In this document: positions 29,463 to 39,780 of the stretch, piece after piece | Layout of the letters: every line of letters begins with the position of its first letter | Numbering within the stretch: the stretch's first letter is position 1 | Source: Smithellaceae bacterium | Lineage (GTDB): Bacteria > Desulfobacterota > Syntrophia > Syntrophales > Smithellaceae | NCBI GenBank assembly: GCA_963667845.2 | Contig: CAXXVL010000002.1 | Location: forward strand, 1,152,001 to 1,216,000 | DNA: 64,000 bases | Direction: 5' to 3' | Position numbers and translations under genes: made by a program | The notes under the pieces: generated by a model | The model's input: the letters and a program-made list of their open reading frames with translations, nothing else | Told to the model about the DNA's origin: nothing | The model's database searches: none

Positions 29463-30191
29463 ATGCGGAATTTGCGCACCGCTTTTGGCCTGTTGACGAC
29501 GCTGCCGTTCGGGATGCCGGAAGGCTGGTACCCCGGTGACAGCGGACGCGCGGGGAGTTGGTATCCGCTGGTGGGCATCGTCATCGGCGGGTTGACCTGG
29601 CTTGCCTGGCTCGCACTTGGTCAACTTTTCCCGCCGGTGGTCGCAGGCGTGCTCACCGTCCTGGTTTGGATCGGTCTGACCGGCGGGCTGCATCTTGACG
29701 GATTGGCCGACTGCTGCGACGGCTTACTGGGGTCAGCCACGCGTGAGCGCCGTCTGGAAATCATGAAAGACCCGCATCTGGGGACCTTTGGCGGGATCGG
29801 GATCGTCCTCGTGCTGATTACCAAAGCCGCTGCATTGAGTGTGATCGCTCCGGTATCCGGTTTGGGCATTATCCTGGCTGCGACCGCCGGCCGCTGGTTC
29901 ATCCTTCCCGCGGGGTTACTGCCGCTTGCCAATCCCGGCGGCATGGGAGCTGATTTTGCCAAAGGCCTCAAGCGCAGTGCTATTTTTATCACCGCAATTT
30001 TGCCGCTCGCGCTCGCCTTTCTGTTGGGTGTTTCCGGATTGATTTCGCTTGTTGTTGCGCTCGCCGCAGCGGCGGCCGTTCTCGGACTGGCCTACAGCCG
30101 TATTGGCGGGGTGACCGGCGATGTGTTCGGCATGCTCGTCGAAGTCACTGAAACGGCCATTTTACTGGGCCTCGCCGCAGGAGTAAAATGA
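29463..30191 (+). CDS. cobS: Adenosylcobinamide-GDP ribazoletransferase (cobalamin synthase)
   Basis: TGGLHLDGLADCCDG, RRLEIMKDPHLGTFG, IGGVTGDVFG..VE. Confidence 0.95.
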   Translation: MRNLRTAFGLLTTLPFGMPEGWYPGDSGRAGSWYPLVGIVIGGLTWLAWLALGQLFPPVVAGVLTVLVWIGLTGGLHLDGLADCCDGLLGSATRERRLEIMKDPHLGTFGGIGIVLVLITKAAALSVIAPVSGLGIILAATAGRWFILPAGLLPLANPGGMGADFAKGLKRSAIFITAILPLALAFLLGVSGLISLVVALAAAAAVLGLAYSRIGGVTGDVFGMLVEVTETAILLGLAAGVK

Positions 30192-30982
30192 ACGGTTATC
30201 CTTTCAGACTCGGGACAACGTCTTACATCATTCCTGATGACATTATCCCCAACGTTCGCTATCTGGCCGGGAAGGTGCAGGATGTGGAACTTGTGCTTTT
30301 CGAAGTGGATGACGGCTCGAGCAACCTGCCCGGAAAAGAGCAGATCAGCGAACTGAGGAGTATTGCCGGGGACCATGACCTGACGTATACCGTTCACCTG
30401 CCGCTGGATTTGCGCCTGGCCGATGACGGGTCTTCGCGGCACGAATCGCTGACGAAGGCCCGCCGGGTGATCGATCGCACTCTGGAGCTTGACCCCTGGG
30501 CTTATGTTTTACATCTCGATGGTAAATTGGTTCGCGGCTGCACGGGCTCGGGAGCGATGCAGCGCTGGATAGAACAAGCCGTTCGATCACTTGAGCTCGT
30601 CGGCGCGTGGGCAGGCGATGTGGGAAAACCGGCAGTTGAAAACCTGGAAGGCTACCCGTTGGATTTCTACGAACCGGTGCTGGAAAGAATTGCCGTGAGC
30701 CGCGCGGTGGATATCGGCCATCTTTGGCTCGATGGCCATGATCCGGTGACGTATCTGCGCGGCGCTTTGGCGCGAACGCGCGTGATTCATATTCACGGCG
30801 TGGCCGGGCGCGACCACAAATCACTGGCGCAAATGCCGCAGGAGATGCTGGACCGGGCCATCGATGAATTGGTCCGCGCAGATTACCGCGGCGTATTGAC
30901 CGTGGAGGTTTTTTCCGAAGACGATTTTCTGACTTCGAAAAAGGCTCTGGAAGAATTGAGATCCCGAAAGGAAAATAAATGA
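30188..30982 (+). CDS. cbiR: Probable cobamide-remodelling phosphodiesterase (CbiR-like, AP endonuclease 2/TIM barrel)
   Basis: PFRLGTTSYI, VELVLFE, VHLPLD, VLH, VENLE, DIGHL, IHIHG..DH, VEVFS metal-ligand pattern; located between cobS and cobU. Confidence 0.75.
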   Translation: MNGYPFRLGTTSYIIPDDIIPNVRYLAGKVQDVELVLFEVDDGSSNLPGKEQISELRSIAGDHDLTYTVHLPLDLRLADDGSSRHESLTKARRVIDRTLELDPWAYVLHLDGKLVRGCTGSGAMQRWIEQAVRSLELVGAWAGDVGKPAVENLEGYPLDFYEPVLERIAVSRAVDIGHLWLDGHDPVTYLRGALARTRVIHIHGVAGRDHKSLAQMPQEMLDRAIDELVRADYRGVLTVEVFSEDDFLTSKKALEELRSRKENK

Positions 30983-31530
30983 ATCCTGAAATTTCGGAAA
31001 ACGGCCTGACGCTCATTTTGGGTGGAGCGCGCAGCGGGAAAAGTACGTTTGTTGAACAATTTGCCCGTCAATCAGGGAAATCCGTCCTCTTTGTTGCGAC
31101 GGCCACAGCGGGCGATGAGGAAATGGCCCGGCGCATCCGCAACCACAAAGCTTCGCGACCCGGGCAGTGGGAAACGCGGGAGATTCCGCTGAACATCGGG
31201 CGCAATTTAATGACACCTGCGGCCGACCTGGTGATTGTCGACTGCATCACATTGCTCGTGAGCAACCTGCTTCTTTCGCTTCCGGAAGGTTCTTCCGATG
31301 AAGTCGTCATGCAAAGAATCCGGGAAGAGATAGAAGAATTGATTGCTGCGCAGGTCCGTCTCGGTGGACAATGGCTCATCGTCGCCAATGAAGTCGGCCT
31401 GGGGATTGTGCCGCCCAATCCGTTGGGGCGCATTTACCGGGATGCCCTGGGCTTTGCAAACCAGGTCCTGGCAGGCAAAGCTTCCCGCGTTATCTTTATG
31501 GTCGCCGGAATTCCGGTGGTGATTAAGTAG
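30979..31530 (+). CDS. cobU: Bifunctional adenosylcobinamide kinase/guanylyltransferase
   Basis: LILGGARSGKS, ATA..GDEEMARRI..H, VDCITL, NEVGLGIVP, YRD.LG..NQ, MVAGIP. Confidence 0.96.
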   Translation: MNPEISENGLTLILGGARSGKSTFVEQFARQSGKSVLFVATATAGDEEMARRIRNHKASRPGQWETREIPLNIGRNLMTPAADLVIVDCITLLVSNLLLSLPEGSSDEVVMQRIREEIEELIAAQVRLGGQWLIVANEVGLGIVPPNPLGRIYRDALGFANQVLAGKASRVIFMVAGIPVVIK

Positions 31531-31627
31531 CTGCCCGGGCGGGCGTATTCCGGATCGTGAAATTGCTTTATTATATGTTTTGATATAGGGAAAATGATTC
31601 TGACCAATCATAAAAATAACCATATAA

Positions 31628-32572
<945 letters not shown>

Positions 32573-32614
32573 AGTCTTGCCATCTCCGATTTTGATGATT
32601 ACAGTGATAAGAGG

Positions 32615-32708
32615 ATTTAATGCCGCTTAAGAGGGACGAGCGTTAATTCTCCGCAGCTTGCCGCGAAATAGTGACGTTCATTTCATATCTCGACAGCTTG
32701 CTGCGAGG
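32615..32708 (-). repeat. Dispersed ~94-bp multi-hairpin repeat, copy 1
   Basis: Reverse complement aligns with 47913..48005 with about 13 differences (manual count). Confidence 0.88.
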
Positions 32709-32741
32709 TGTTTAATTTAACAAAGACTGGAGTGTCAGCGG

Positions 32742-33500
32742 ATGAAGCGCAAGATCATCAAAATCGACGAAGATAAATGCACCGGCTGCGGTTTGTGCGT
32801 GACGGGCTGCGCTGAAGAGGCCATCAAAATCATTGACGGTAAGGCCAGGCTGGTGAGTGAAGTTTTCTGCGACGGCCTGGGTGCCTGCATCGGTGAATGT
32901 CCGGAAGGCGCATTGTCCATCGAAGAACGGGATGCGGACCCCTATGACGAAAAGCTGGTTCATGAGGCTATGGCCCGCGGCAGGGAAAAACCATCTTCCG
33001 CGGGGCAGACATTAAACGTCATGCCGCCTGCGGGGGGCGGCTGTCCCGGATCGGCTGCCGCCGTATTTGACCGAAAAGCAAAACCGGCCGCTGAAAGAAA
33101 ACAAGCAGGTGCACAGCCCTCTGAACTGACCCACTGGCCGATACAATTGCATCTCGTGAATCCCGCAGCCGAATTCTTCCGCGGCAAAGATGTTGTGCTG
33201 GCTGCGGACTGCGTCGCTTTTGCCCTGGGCGATTTTCACGACCGGTTTTTGAAGGGCAAGAGCCTGGCGATCGGCTGCCCCAAACTGGATGAAGGGCAGG
33301 ACGAGTATGTCGAAAAAATCCGTCGGATGGCGGATGAGGCCAAGATCAATACTCTTTCGGTTATTATGATGCAGGTTCCCTGCTGCCGCGGGCTCATGCA
33401 GGTGGCCCGGGCCGGTCTGCAAAAGGCCGCAAGAAAAGTGCCCCTCAAAGCCGTCGTTATCGGCATCCAGGGCGATGTCCTTTCCGAAGAGTGGGTTTAG
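32742..33500 (+). CDS. 4Fe-4S dicluster ferredoxin-domain protein with Cys-rich C-terminal domain
   Basis: CTGCGLCVTGC, CDGLGACIGECP, GGCPGS, WPIQLHLV, AADC, GCPKLD, MQVPCC. Confidence 0.9.
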   Translation: MKRKIIKIDEDKCTGCGLCVTGCAEEAIKIIDGKARLVSEVFCDGLGACIGECPEGALSIEERDADPYDEKLVHEAMARGREKPSSAGQTLNVMPPAGGGCPGSAAAVFDRKAKPAAERKQAGAQPSELTHWPIQLHLVNPAAEFFRGKDVVLAADCVAFALGDFHDRFLKGKSLAIGCPKLDEGQDEYVEKIRRMADEAKINTLSVIMMQVPCCRGLMQVARAGLQKAARKVPLKAVVIGIQGDVLSEEWV

Positions 33501-33549
33501 ATAGAGCCCCAGGTCGAGGGCGGTCAAACGGACCACTATGATGGAAGTC

Positions 33550-33589
33550 AAAAAAAGAGCCGTCCGGGGTTTTGCCCCCGACGGCTCTT
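33550..33589. terminator. Intrinsic terminator between convergent genes
   Basis: A7-GAGCCGTC...GACGGCTCTT hairpin; U-tract on the minus strand. Confidence 0.75.
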
Positions 33590-33620
33590 GTCGTTTCCTG
33601 ACGAGGGAATGATTTCTCCT

Positions 33621-34463
33621 TTACTGGCTGGTTCTTCTCCGGCATAGCGCGATAATGACGCCGCCCAGTCCGAACGTAATGACCAACGCCTTGATCAGCA
33701 TGCCGATATAGAGGGGAATCCAGCCGAGAAGCCACAGCAGGCTGACGCCGACCAACGCTTCCTTCACCAGTGATTTCTTATATCCCCGAAAGATTCTGGT
33801 GATGATGAAATTGCCCAGGAGGACGCCGAAAGCAATGAACCCGACAATGGCTGCAATGAGCAGGACCGTAAAGGCCAGCGGTATCAAAACGATGCCGATA
33901 ATCGATATGGCCAGCAGCATAAAGAAGGGCACAATCATCAGTGTAGCCAGTATGCCCCAGAAGAATGACTTCAGTTTATTGGACTCAATGGCATTAGCGA
34001 TGAGAGCGAGCGATCGGGGAATCAGCAGGGTCATGATGAGAGTGGTAATCAGGATGATGGCAAAGAAGCACAACGAGATGATGTTTAAAATCAGCGACCA
34101 GCCTTCCAATTCTCCCCGCATCGCCGAGGTAATGGCTTCGGAGAGGGTAGAAGAGTTGATTTCCGTGACATCCCCGTAAACGAGCGAGCCGCTGCCTCGG
34201 GCCACCACGCCGCCCACAACGATGACGTTTCCGCGGACGACGGCCTTATTGGTCAGGACAACGGATCCGGCAACGGCCACGACGTTCTGTTCGACAAGTC
34301 CGTTCACCGTGATTTGCCCGCCTATGGCAATGACGTTATCCGCGCCCTGCCCGTCGGCTATTGTGATATCCTGGCCGGCTTTGAAAATGATTTTCGCCTC
34401 GGCCGGCAGCGTCAAAAACAGCAAAAAGGCTACAACGATGAAGGCAGTCAGTTTGAAGTTCAT
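33621..34463 (-). CDS. Membrane protein with signal peptide, Gly/Val beta-helix-like repeats (bactofilin-like) and C-terminal TM helices
   Basis: Repeats NVIAIGGQITVNG / NVVAVAGSVVL / VRGNVIVVGG / VYGDV, then hydrophobic helices. Confidence 0.75.
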   Translation of the reverse strand: MNFKLTAFIVVAFLLFLTLPAEAKIIFKAGQDITIADGQGADNVIAIGGQITVNGLVEQNVVAVAGSVVLTNKAVVRGNVIVVGGVVARGSGSLVYGDVTEINSSTLSEAITSAMRGELEGWSLILNIISLCFFAIILITTLIMTLLIPRSLALIANAIESNKLKSFFWGILATLMIVPFFMLLAISIIGIVLIPLAFTVLLIAAIVGFIAFGVLLGNFIITRIFRGYKKSLVKEALVGVSLLWLLGWIPLYIGMLIKALVITFGLGGVIIALCRRRTSQ

Positions 34464-35134
34464 GAGTTGATCTTAGCGTCTTTCGCCGGCTTTTGCCGGG
34501 CAATGAATTTTTGCCGGGCATAGGCAACAAATCCCGGCATGACTGATATAATCACGATTGCCACAATCACAAGGGAGAAGTTCTCCTTGACGGAAGGTAT
34601 GTTGCCGAAAAAGTACCCGCCCAGAAGAAATGTACACACCCACGCGACGCCGCCTATAATATTGTAGGAGATAAATTTCCCGTAAGTCATTGCTCCGACG
34701 CCGGCCACGAAAGGGGCAAACGTCCGGATAATAGGCATGAAACGGGCAATAATGATCGTCTTGCCGCCATGCCGTTCGTAAAATTCATGCGTTTTAATGA
34801 GATATTTTTTTTTGAAGAAACGGCTGTCTTCAAAATGAAAGACCCTCGGTCCGATATAGTGACCGATGGCGTAGTTGATGCTGTCACCGGCGATACCGGC
34901 GATGCAAAGCAGAATCAACAGGGCTCCGATATGCAGCGATCCCAGCGCCGCGAGGGCGCCAAGGGTAAAAAGAAGGGAGTCTCCCGGCAGGATGGGAGTC
35001 ACCACCAGACCTGTTTCGCAGAATATAACAATGAATACAATAAGATAAACCCAAATTCCGAAACTTTCGATAATTACAGGAAGGTACTTGTCAAGATGAA
35101 TAAAAAAATCTATAAGGTAAAGCACGATGTCCAT
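34460..35134 (-). CDS. DedA family membrane protein
   Basis: FCETGLVVTPILPGDSLLF, GDSINY.IG, FYERHGGKTIIIARFMPIIRTFAPFVAG. Confidence 0.95.
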   Translation of the reverse strand: MDIVLYLIDFFIHLDKYLPVIIESFGIWVYLIVFIVIFCETGLVVTPILPGDSLLFTLGALAALGSLHIGALLILLCIAGIAGDSINYAIGHYIGPRVFHFEDSRFFKKKYLIKTHEFYERHGGKTIIIARFMPIIRTFAPFVAGVGAMTYGKFISYNIIGGVAWVCTFLLGGYFFGNIPSVKENFSLVIVAIVIISVMPGFVAYARQKFIARQKPAKDAKINS

Positions 35135-35377
35135 AGTTATGTCATACTCTTTTGGGTGCAGGCAGTAAAATGCGTGGGCATCCTATATAGGCTTAATAGG
35201 GGCAGTGTCAACATGAAATAAAACCTGAATGAAGAATTCGCTTCCTGCGGTATTTGCGGCTGGCAGTATTTCCGCGATCCCCCATCCGATGATCAACCTC
35301 CGTTCTTCAAACTGCCGCCTGATATTGATGAGATAATAAAAATAGAAATAAAAATAAAAAAGAGGAGATTAAAAACA

Positions 35378-36880
35378 ATGAGAACGAAGCAAGATTACAT
35401 CAAGGGACTTTCCAAAATGAAGCGCAATCTGTATTACGACGGTCAGCTCATCGACCGTACCGATGATTTGCAGGCGTTATGCCTCAATACCATCGGCACC
35501 ACGTACGACGAAGCGGAAAAGCCGGAAAATCAGGATCTGATGACCGCCATTTCCCATCTGACGGGTGAGCGCATCAACCGCTTCACGCACATCCATCAGA
35601 ACAAAGACGACCTGCACAAGAAGCAGGATATGACCCGCATGCTTTGCCAGAAAGTGGGCGGCTGCATCCAGCGCTGCATGGGCATTGATGCGACCAATTC
35701 CATCTATAACGTCTCTTTTGAGGCGGACAAGATGAATAACGGGGCGACGCAATATCATGAGAACTTCAAAAAATGGCTCACCCGCTTTCAGACGGAAGAC
35801 CTGGTCGGTTGCTGCGCTCAGACGGATGTCAAGGGCGACCGGATGTTGCGGCCGGCGGAGCAGCCTAATCCCGGAGCCTATGTGCGCATCAAAGAGCGCC
35901 TGAAAGACGGAATCGTGGTCGAAGGATGCAAGGTGCACATTTCGGAAGCCTCCGTGGCCGACGAGGTTCTCGTCGTTCCCACCCGCGCCATGCGCAAAGA
36001 AGACAAGGATTATGCGGTTTCCTTTGCTGTTCCGGGTGACTGGGATGGACTGAAGCAGGTCGTAACCATCCACGATCTGCGTCCGCGCAAGCATTACAAG
36101 CGGGGCTTCGTGCCGGGGTCCACGGACTCCTACATGATCTTTGACAATTGCTTCATTCCCTGGGAGCGCGTTTTCCTGGCCGGTGAATGGCAGCACGGCG
36201 GCGTTATGGCCCTGCTGTTCGCTCTATTTCACCGTCATTCCTACTCCGGCTGCAAGCCCGCCATCGGCGACGTGATCCTGGGCGGAGCGGCGCTCGCGGC
36301 CGAGGTGAACAATATCCATAAAGAATCTCATGTCCGGGAGAAACTGGCGGAGATCATCATGACGACCGAACTGGGCTATGCCGCCGGTTACACGGCCTCG
36401 GATCTGGGCGGACCCCAGGTTTTCATGCCCGGTAAAGGATTTGTCCCGTATGGTCCCGGCTCTTTTGTTCCCCATTCGATTTACTGCAATGTCGGCCGCT
36501 GCCTGTCCGGTGAGGCGGTCTTCCGTGAAGCCGAAATCCTGTGCGATATCTCCGGCGGCGTCACCGCGACCTTCCCGCATGAGGAGGATTTCAAAAATCC
36601 GGCAACGGGCGATCTTCTGCTGAAATACACGAAACGGAATCCCAATATGCCCGCAGAGGATCAGGCGCAATTCTGGCGTTATCTGGGCGATGTGCTGTGC
36701 TCGGCAACAGGCGGCATCCGCAACATCGGCGCCTATAACGGCGGCGGCTCGCCCATCATGGAGCAGATTGCGATCACGACGCAGTACGATATTGAATCCC
36801 GCAAGAAACTGGTGAAGTACATTGCCGGGATGAGCGGCGGCGACCGTGAAGCGCTGGCCAAGACCAATGTAAAGAAATAA
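35378..36880 (+). CDS. 4-hydroxybutyryl-CoA dehydratase-like protein (AbfD/HpaB family)
   Basis: GCIQRCMGIDA, AQTDVKGDR, GIVVEGCKVH, IFDNCFIPWERVF, HRHSYSGCK; GAGGAG SD. Confidence 0.88.
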   Translation: MRTKQDYIKGLSKMKRNLYYDGQLIDRTDDLQALCLNTIGTTYDEAEKPENQDLMTAISHLTGERINRFTHIHQNKDDLHKKQDMTRMLCQKVGGCIQRCMGIDATNSIYNVSFEADKMNNGATQYHENFKKWLTRFQTEDLVGCCAQTDVKGDRMLRPAEQPNPGAYVRIKERLKDGIVVEGCKVHISEASVADEVLVVPTRAMRKEDKDYAVSFAVPGDWDGLKQVVTIHDLRPRKHYKRGFVPGSTDSYMIFDNCFIPWERVFLAGEWQHGGVMALLFALFHRHSYSGCKPAIGDVILGGAALAAEVNNIHKESHVREKLAEIIMTTELGYAAGYTASDLGGPQVFMPGKGFVPYGPGSFVPHSIYCNVGRCLSGEAVFREAEILCDISGGVTATFPHEEDFKNPATGDLLLKYTKRNPNMPAEDQAQFWRYLGDVLCSATGGIRNIGAYNGGGSPIMEQIAITTQYDIESRKKLVKYIAGMSGGDREALAKTNVKK

Positions 36881-36938
36881 TGAAGTCCCATCCGGATGCG
36901 GCATGACATGTCGCATCCGGCTAGCGGTTGTGATTGAA

Positions 36939-36984
36939 AACCGGCGTCATGAGTTGTCCAATCATGGCGCCGGTTCTTTTTTTT
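36939..36984 (+). terminator. Intrinsic terminator of the abfD-like gene
   Basis: AACCGGCGTCATGA-N9-TCATGGCGCCGGTT followed by cT8; a second hairpin lies at 36892..36920. Confidence 0.8.
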
Positions 36985-37041
36985 CCAGTATGGGAATGAT
37001 CCGGCCGCTGGCCGTGTCGGATGAATCGTGCCCGGCCGCTC

Positions 37042-37539
37042 TCAGTGCCCGCCGAGGAAGTAGTAAGCCATAAAAGTGACCCGGAAAACAAGCTGCGGGA
37101 ATGCCTTTTGCTCCAGGTCTTCAAATCCCAGTTTTTCATACCAGTCATGCAATTCCCTGTGTTCGGCGATTATCCCGATTTGCAGACGGAAGGCATTGAG
37201 GAGACGGGCTTGTTCCACAGCATGCCTGACCAGAGCGCTGCCGAATCCCTGTCGGCGCTCATCGGGCAAAACGGCCAGACGCTCCAGATAACAGACCTCG
37301 TCATTGATTCGTTCCAGCGCGACGCATCCGGCGGGCCGGCCCTCATTTTCAAGAACAAAATAGGTTAGGCCGCGGTTCATCTCGCGCAGCAGCCACTCCG
37401 CCCGGCAGTTGGAGGGATGGGTCGGACTGTTTTGCGGCGTCAGCCCGAAACGCTCCGCCACATCCCAGAAGGCAGTCTGTATTAACTCAACAAGGATATC
37501 AATATCATCGCGCGTTCCCAGGCGGATGTTGTATGCCAT
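37042..37539 (-). CDS. GNAT family N-acetyltransferase
   Basis: GCVAL, YLERLAVLPDERRQGFGSALV, WYEKLGF. Confidence 0.9.
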   Translation of the reverse strand: MAYNIRLGTRDDIDILVELIQTAFWDVAERFGLTPQNSPTHPSNCRAEWLLREMNRGLTYFVLENEGRPAGCVALERINDEVCYLERLAVLPDERRQGFGSALVRHAVEQARLLNAFRLQIGIIAEHRELHDWYEKLGFEDLEQKAFPQLVFRVTFMAYYFLGGH

Positions 37540-37557
37540 GGTTTGACCTCCCCGTTC

Positions 37558-37989
37558 TCAATCTGCCTGGCCTTTGCCGACAACAAATTTCCCTTTAAAA
37601 TACTTTTCCCTGATCGGGCCCGCTTCCTCATTGGCCCACTTTTCCAAACCGATTTTCTTGATCCGGCAGAGATTATAGACTTTCATATTGTGGGGATAGC
37701 GGCCGGCCTGATCCGCCGTGGGGGCAAGGTAGAGACACGGAAACTCGGCGCAGCTGCAGCAAAGGTCAACACCTCTGGACTTAACGCAATCCAATGTCTT
37801 GCACCCATTCGGCAGGTGGAAATGTTTGCCGTCCTGTGCCCGGCAGCCTTTGCACGGAATGGCTTCCCGCGGGATGCCCAATTTTGAACTGACGAGATCC
37901 ATAACTTCGGCAGTCATGTTCTCTTCATAGAAATCGCATATGAAGCAACCCAGCCCGCAGGGCGCGGTCAGTTCCTTTTTGTCTTTCAT
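37558..37989 (-). CDS. DUF3795-like Cys-rich protein
   Basis: APCGLGCFIC, CKGCR, C.TLDCV..RG...CCSCAEFPC; GGAGG SD. Confidence 0.8.
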   Translation of the reverse strand: MKDKKELTAPCGLGCFICDFYEENMTAEVMDLVSSKLGIPREAIPCKGCRAQDGKHFHLPNGCKTLDCVKSRGVDLCCSCAEFPCLYLAPTADQAGRYPHNMKVYNLCRIKKIGLEKWANEEAGPIREKYFKGKFVVGKGQAD

Positions 37990-38077
37990 ATTCGCCTCCC
38001 CAAAACGCATTTAAATGATGACGCTCAATGAATCCAATCGCGATCTTCTGTTTAGCCGTTTCCCTCACCCTGTCTTT

Positions 38078-38665
38078 TCAAAACAAGCGTTCAATGTCCT
38101 GCCCGACAAGGTCCAGCCATTTTTGGCGCTGATCCTCCGAGCTGGTCACCATGGACTCGAACATCCGGCGATGAAAGTTGTCAACACCGCACAAACCGAA
38201 GATGCAGTTTTCCCAGATTGTCTGAAGCGGATCGCCGAAGACGTCTTTTTCTCTCTGCGATTCGGTGTTTGATGTGTTGTAAACCAGAGCCGCCTTTGCT
38301 CTCAGCAATCCATGCGGAACGCCTGCGCCCGAATCGCCTTCAAGAAACTCATAGGCCAGCCCCGGGCGAATCACCCGGTCCACCCAGCCTTTCAGTATGG
38401 CCGGAGGCTGTCCCCACCAGTTGGGATGAACGATGACAATACCCTCCGCCATAGCGATCTCTTCGCAATGCTGCCTGACGGTATCCGGCAATGGAAAATC
38501 ATCGGCGATTTCCGCTTGAGGCAATAAAGGATCGAATTTTTCCCGATACAGATCATGAAAGAATATACGGTGCCCTTTTGTTTGCAGCGACTCAAACGCC
38601 ATTCGGGCAATGGCATGATTGAAACTATCCGGATTGGGGTGAGCCAAAATTAAAGAGATTTGCAT
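38078..38665 (-). CDS. NAD(P)H dehydrogenase (quinone), flavodoxin-like fold
   Basis: LAHPNPDSFNHAI, DLY...FDP, HPNWWGQPPAILKGWVDRV. Confidence 0.92.
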   Translation of the reverse strand: MQISLILAHPNPDSFNHAIARMAFESLQTKGHRIFFHDLYREKFDPLLPQAEIADDFPLPDTVRQHCEEIAMAEGIVIVHPNWWGQPPAILKGWVDRVIRPGLAYEFLEGDSGAGVPHGLLRAKAALVYNTSNTESQREKDVFGDPLQTIWENCIFGLCGVDNFHRRMFESMVTSSEDQRQKWLDLVGQDIERLF

Positions 38666-38791
38666 ATTGATGTTCCTTTTTTGTGTCCTCCGCTCGGGGA
38701 AGTGGATGTTGGAGGACTGCTCGTCTGGCAGTCCGAAAATTATACACCAATATTTCGATGGCCGTAATGTGGTAATTCAAAATTTATCTGC

Positions 38792-39667
38792 TTATCTATC
38801 ATCAACCTCTCCGCCGAGCAATGGTGATTGAACATTATGCAAAGAGCGGTTCCTTTCAATCTTTTTCTTACTGACATTAGCGTAACAGTATTGGCAGAGA
38901 TGCCCGCAAGTATTGTATTCGCCGATCTCCACACTGGCAGCGCACCCGCAAAGTTCCCGCTGGTATTTGTCCTTTCCGATGTTCAATTTCGTTCCGGTCA
39001 ATTTCGAAATCAGGCGATCGTCAATGCATTTGCCATGCTCAATTCCGAGATCGAAAAGATCGATTTGTTCCGCGCATGTTTCCACTTTGATGCCGAAGCC
39101 GCGGGCGATCCGTCCAATATTCTGTGCCAGTGTCCGCATTTCTGATTCAGCAGGCGGTCTCACGGAAAGACCGGACATCCGGCTGTTGATGTGACGGTAC
39201 ATATCGATAAAACTGATGATGCATTTTTCTGTATGTCCCGAAAGTTGTCTTGCCATTTTGCCGAAATGATCAGTATGGTACCCGATACTTATGCTTTCCG
39301 ACAGCAGGATCGGGTCATAACGCCAGATGAGTCGTTCTTTTCCGATTTTGTCGGAAAGCGTGAGAAACGTGTCGGCGATTTCATCCTTCGGCGGCAGGTG
39401 CGGCTCAATGTCTCTGCCGTAAGGTGTCAGTGTGAATTGAAAATAGAAAGTAAAGTCGTTGAGCAATTGAAGTCGCTTGCGCATCGGGGCCGGATCTTTG
39501 GTCCAGAAGACAAGACAATCGACATCCGCAGGCGCAAGTGATATTCGTCTGACCTGTTTGGGATTCATCGGATTGCGCACCTGCACGTATCCCGAGCGGA
39601 GCCGGTTAAAAAACCAGTCGCTGTAAAATGCTGGTATATCCGAACGTCTGCTGCAGCTGATGATCAT
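38792..39667 (-). CDS. DUF1848 family protein (radical SAM-like)
   Basis: MIISCSRRSDIPAFYSDWF, VFWTKDP, WRYDPI, RELCGC..S.EIGEYNTC.H.C.YCYAN. Confidence 0.85.
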   Translation of the reverse strand: MIISCSRRSDIPAFYSDWFFNRLRSGYVQVRNPMNPKQVRRISLAPADVDCLVFWTKDPAPMRKRLQLLNDFTFYFQFTLTPYGRDIEPHLPPKDEIADTFLTLSDKIGKERLIWRYDPILLSESISIGYHTDHFGKMARQLSGHTEKCIISFIDMYRHINSRMSGLSVRPPAESEMRTLAQNIGRIARGFGIKVETCAEQIDLFDLGIEHGKCIDDRLISKLTGTKLNIGKDKYQRELCGCAASVEIGEYNTCGHLCQYCYANVSKKKIERNRSLHNVQSPLLGGEVDDR

Positions 39668-39780
39668 TGTCTCTACCGCAAATTATCCTTATTTCTGCAT
39701 CACCAGTTGAATCCGTAATGAAAAAAGGTAGAGAGATACATATTCATCAACCAGGATTATACGGTAAAAGGATATTGTGC

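Noticed and set aside
36892..36920. Hairpin beginning CCGGATGCGGC resembling an enterobacterial REP
   Set aside because: Single copy in the window, right after a stop codon; adequately explained as a 3' stem-loop.
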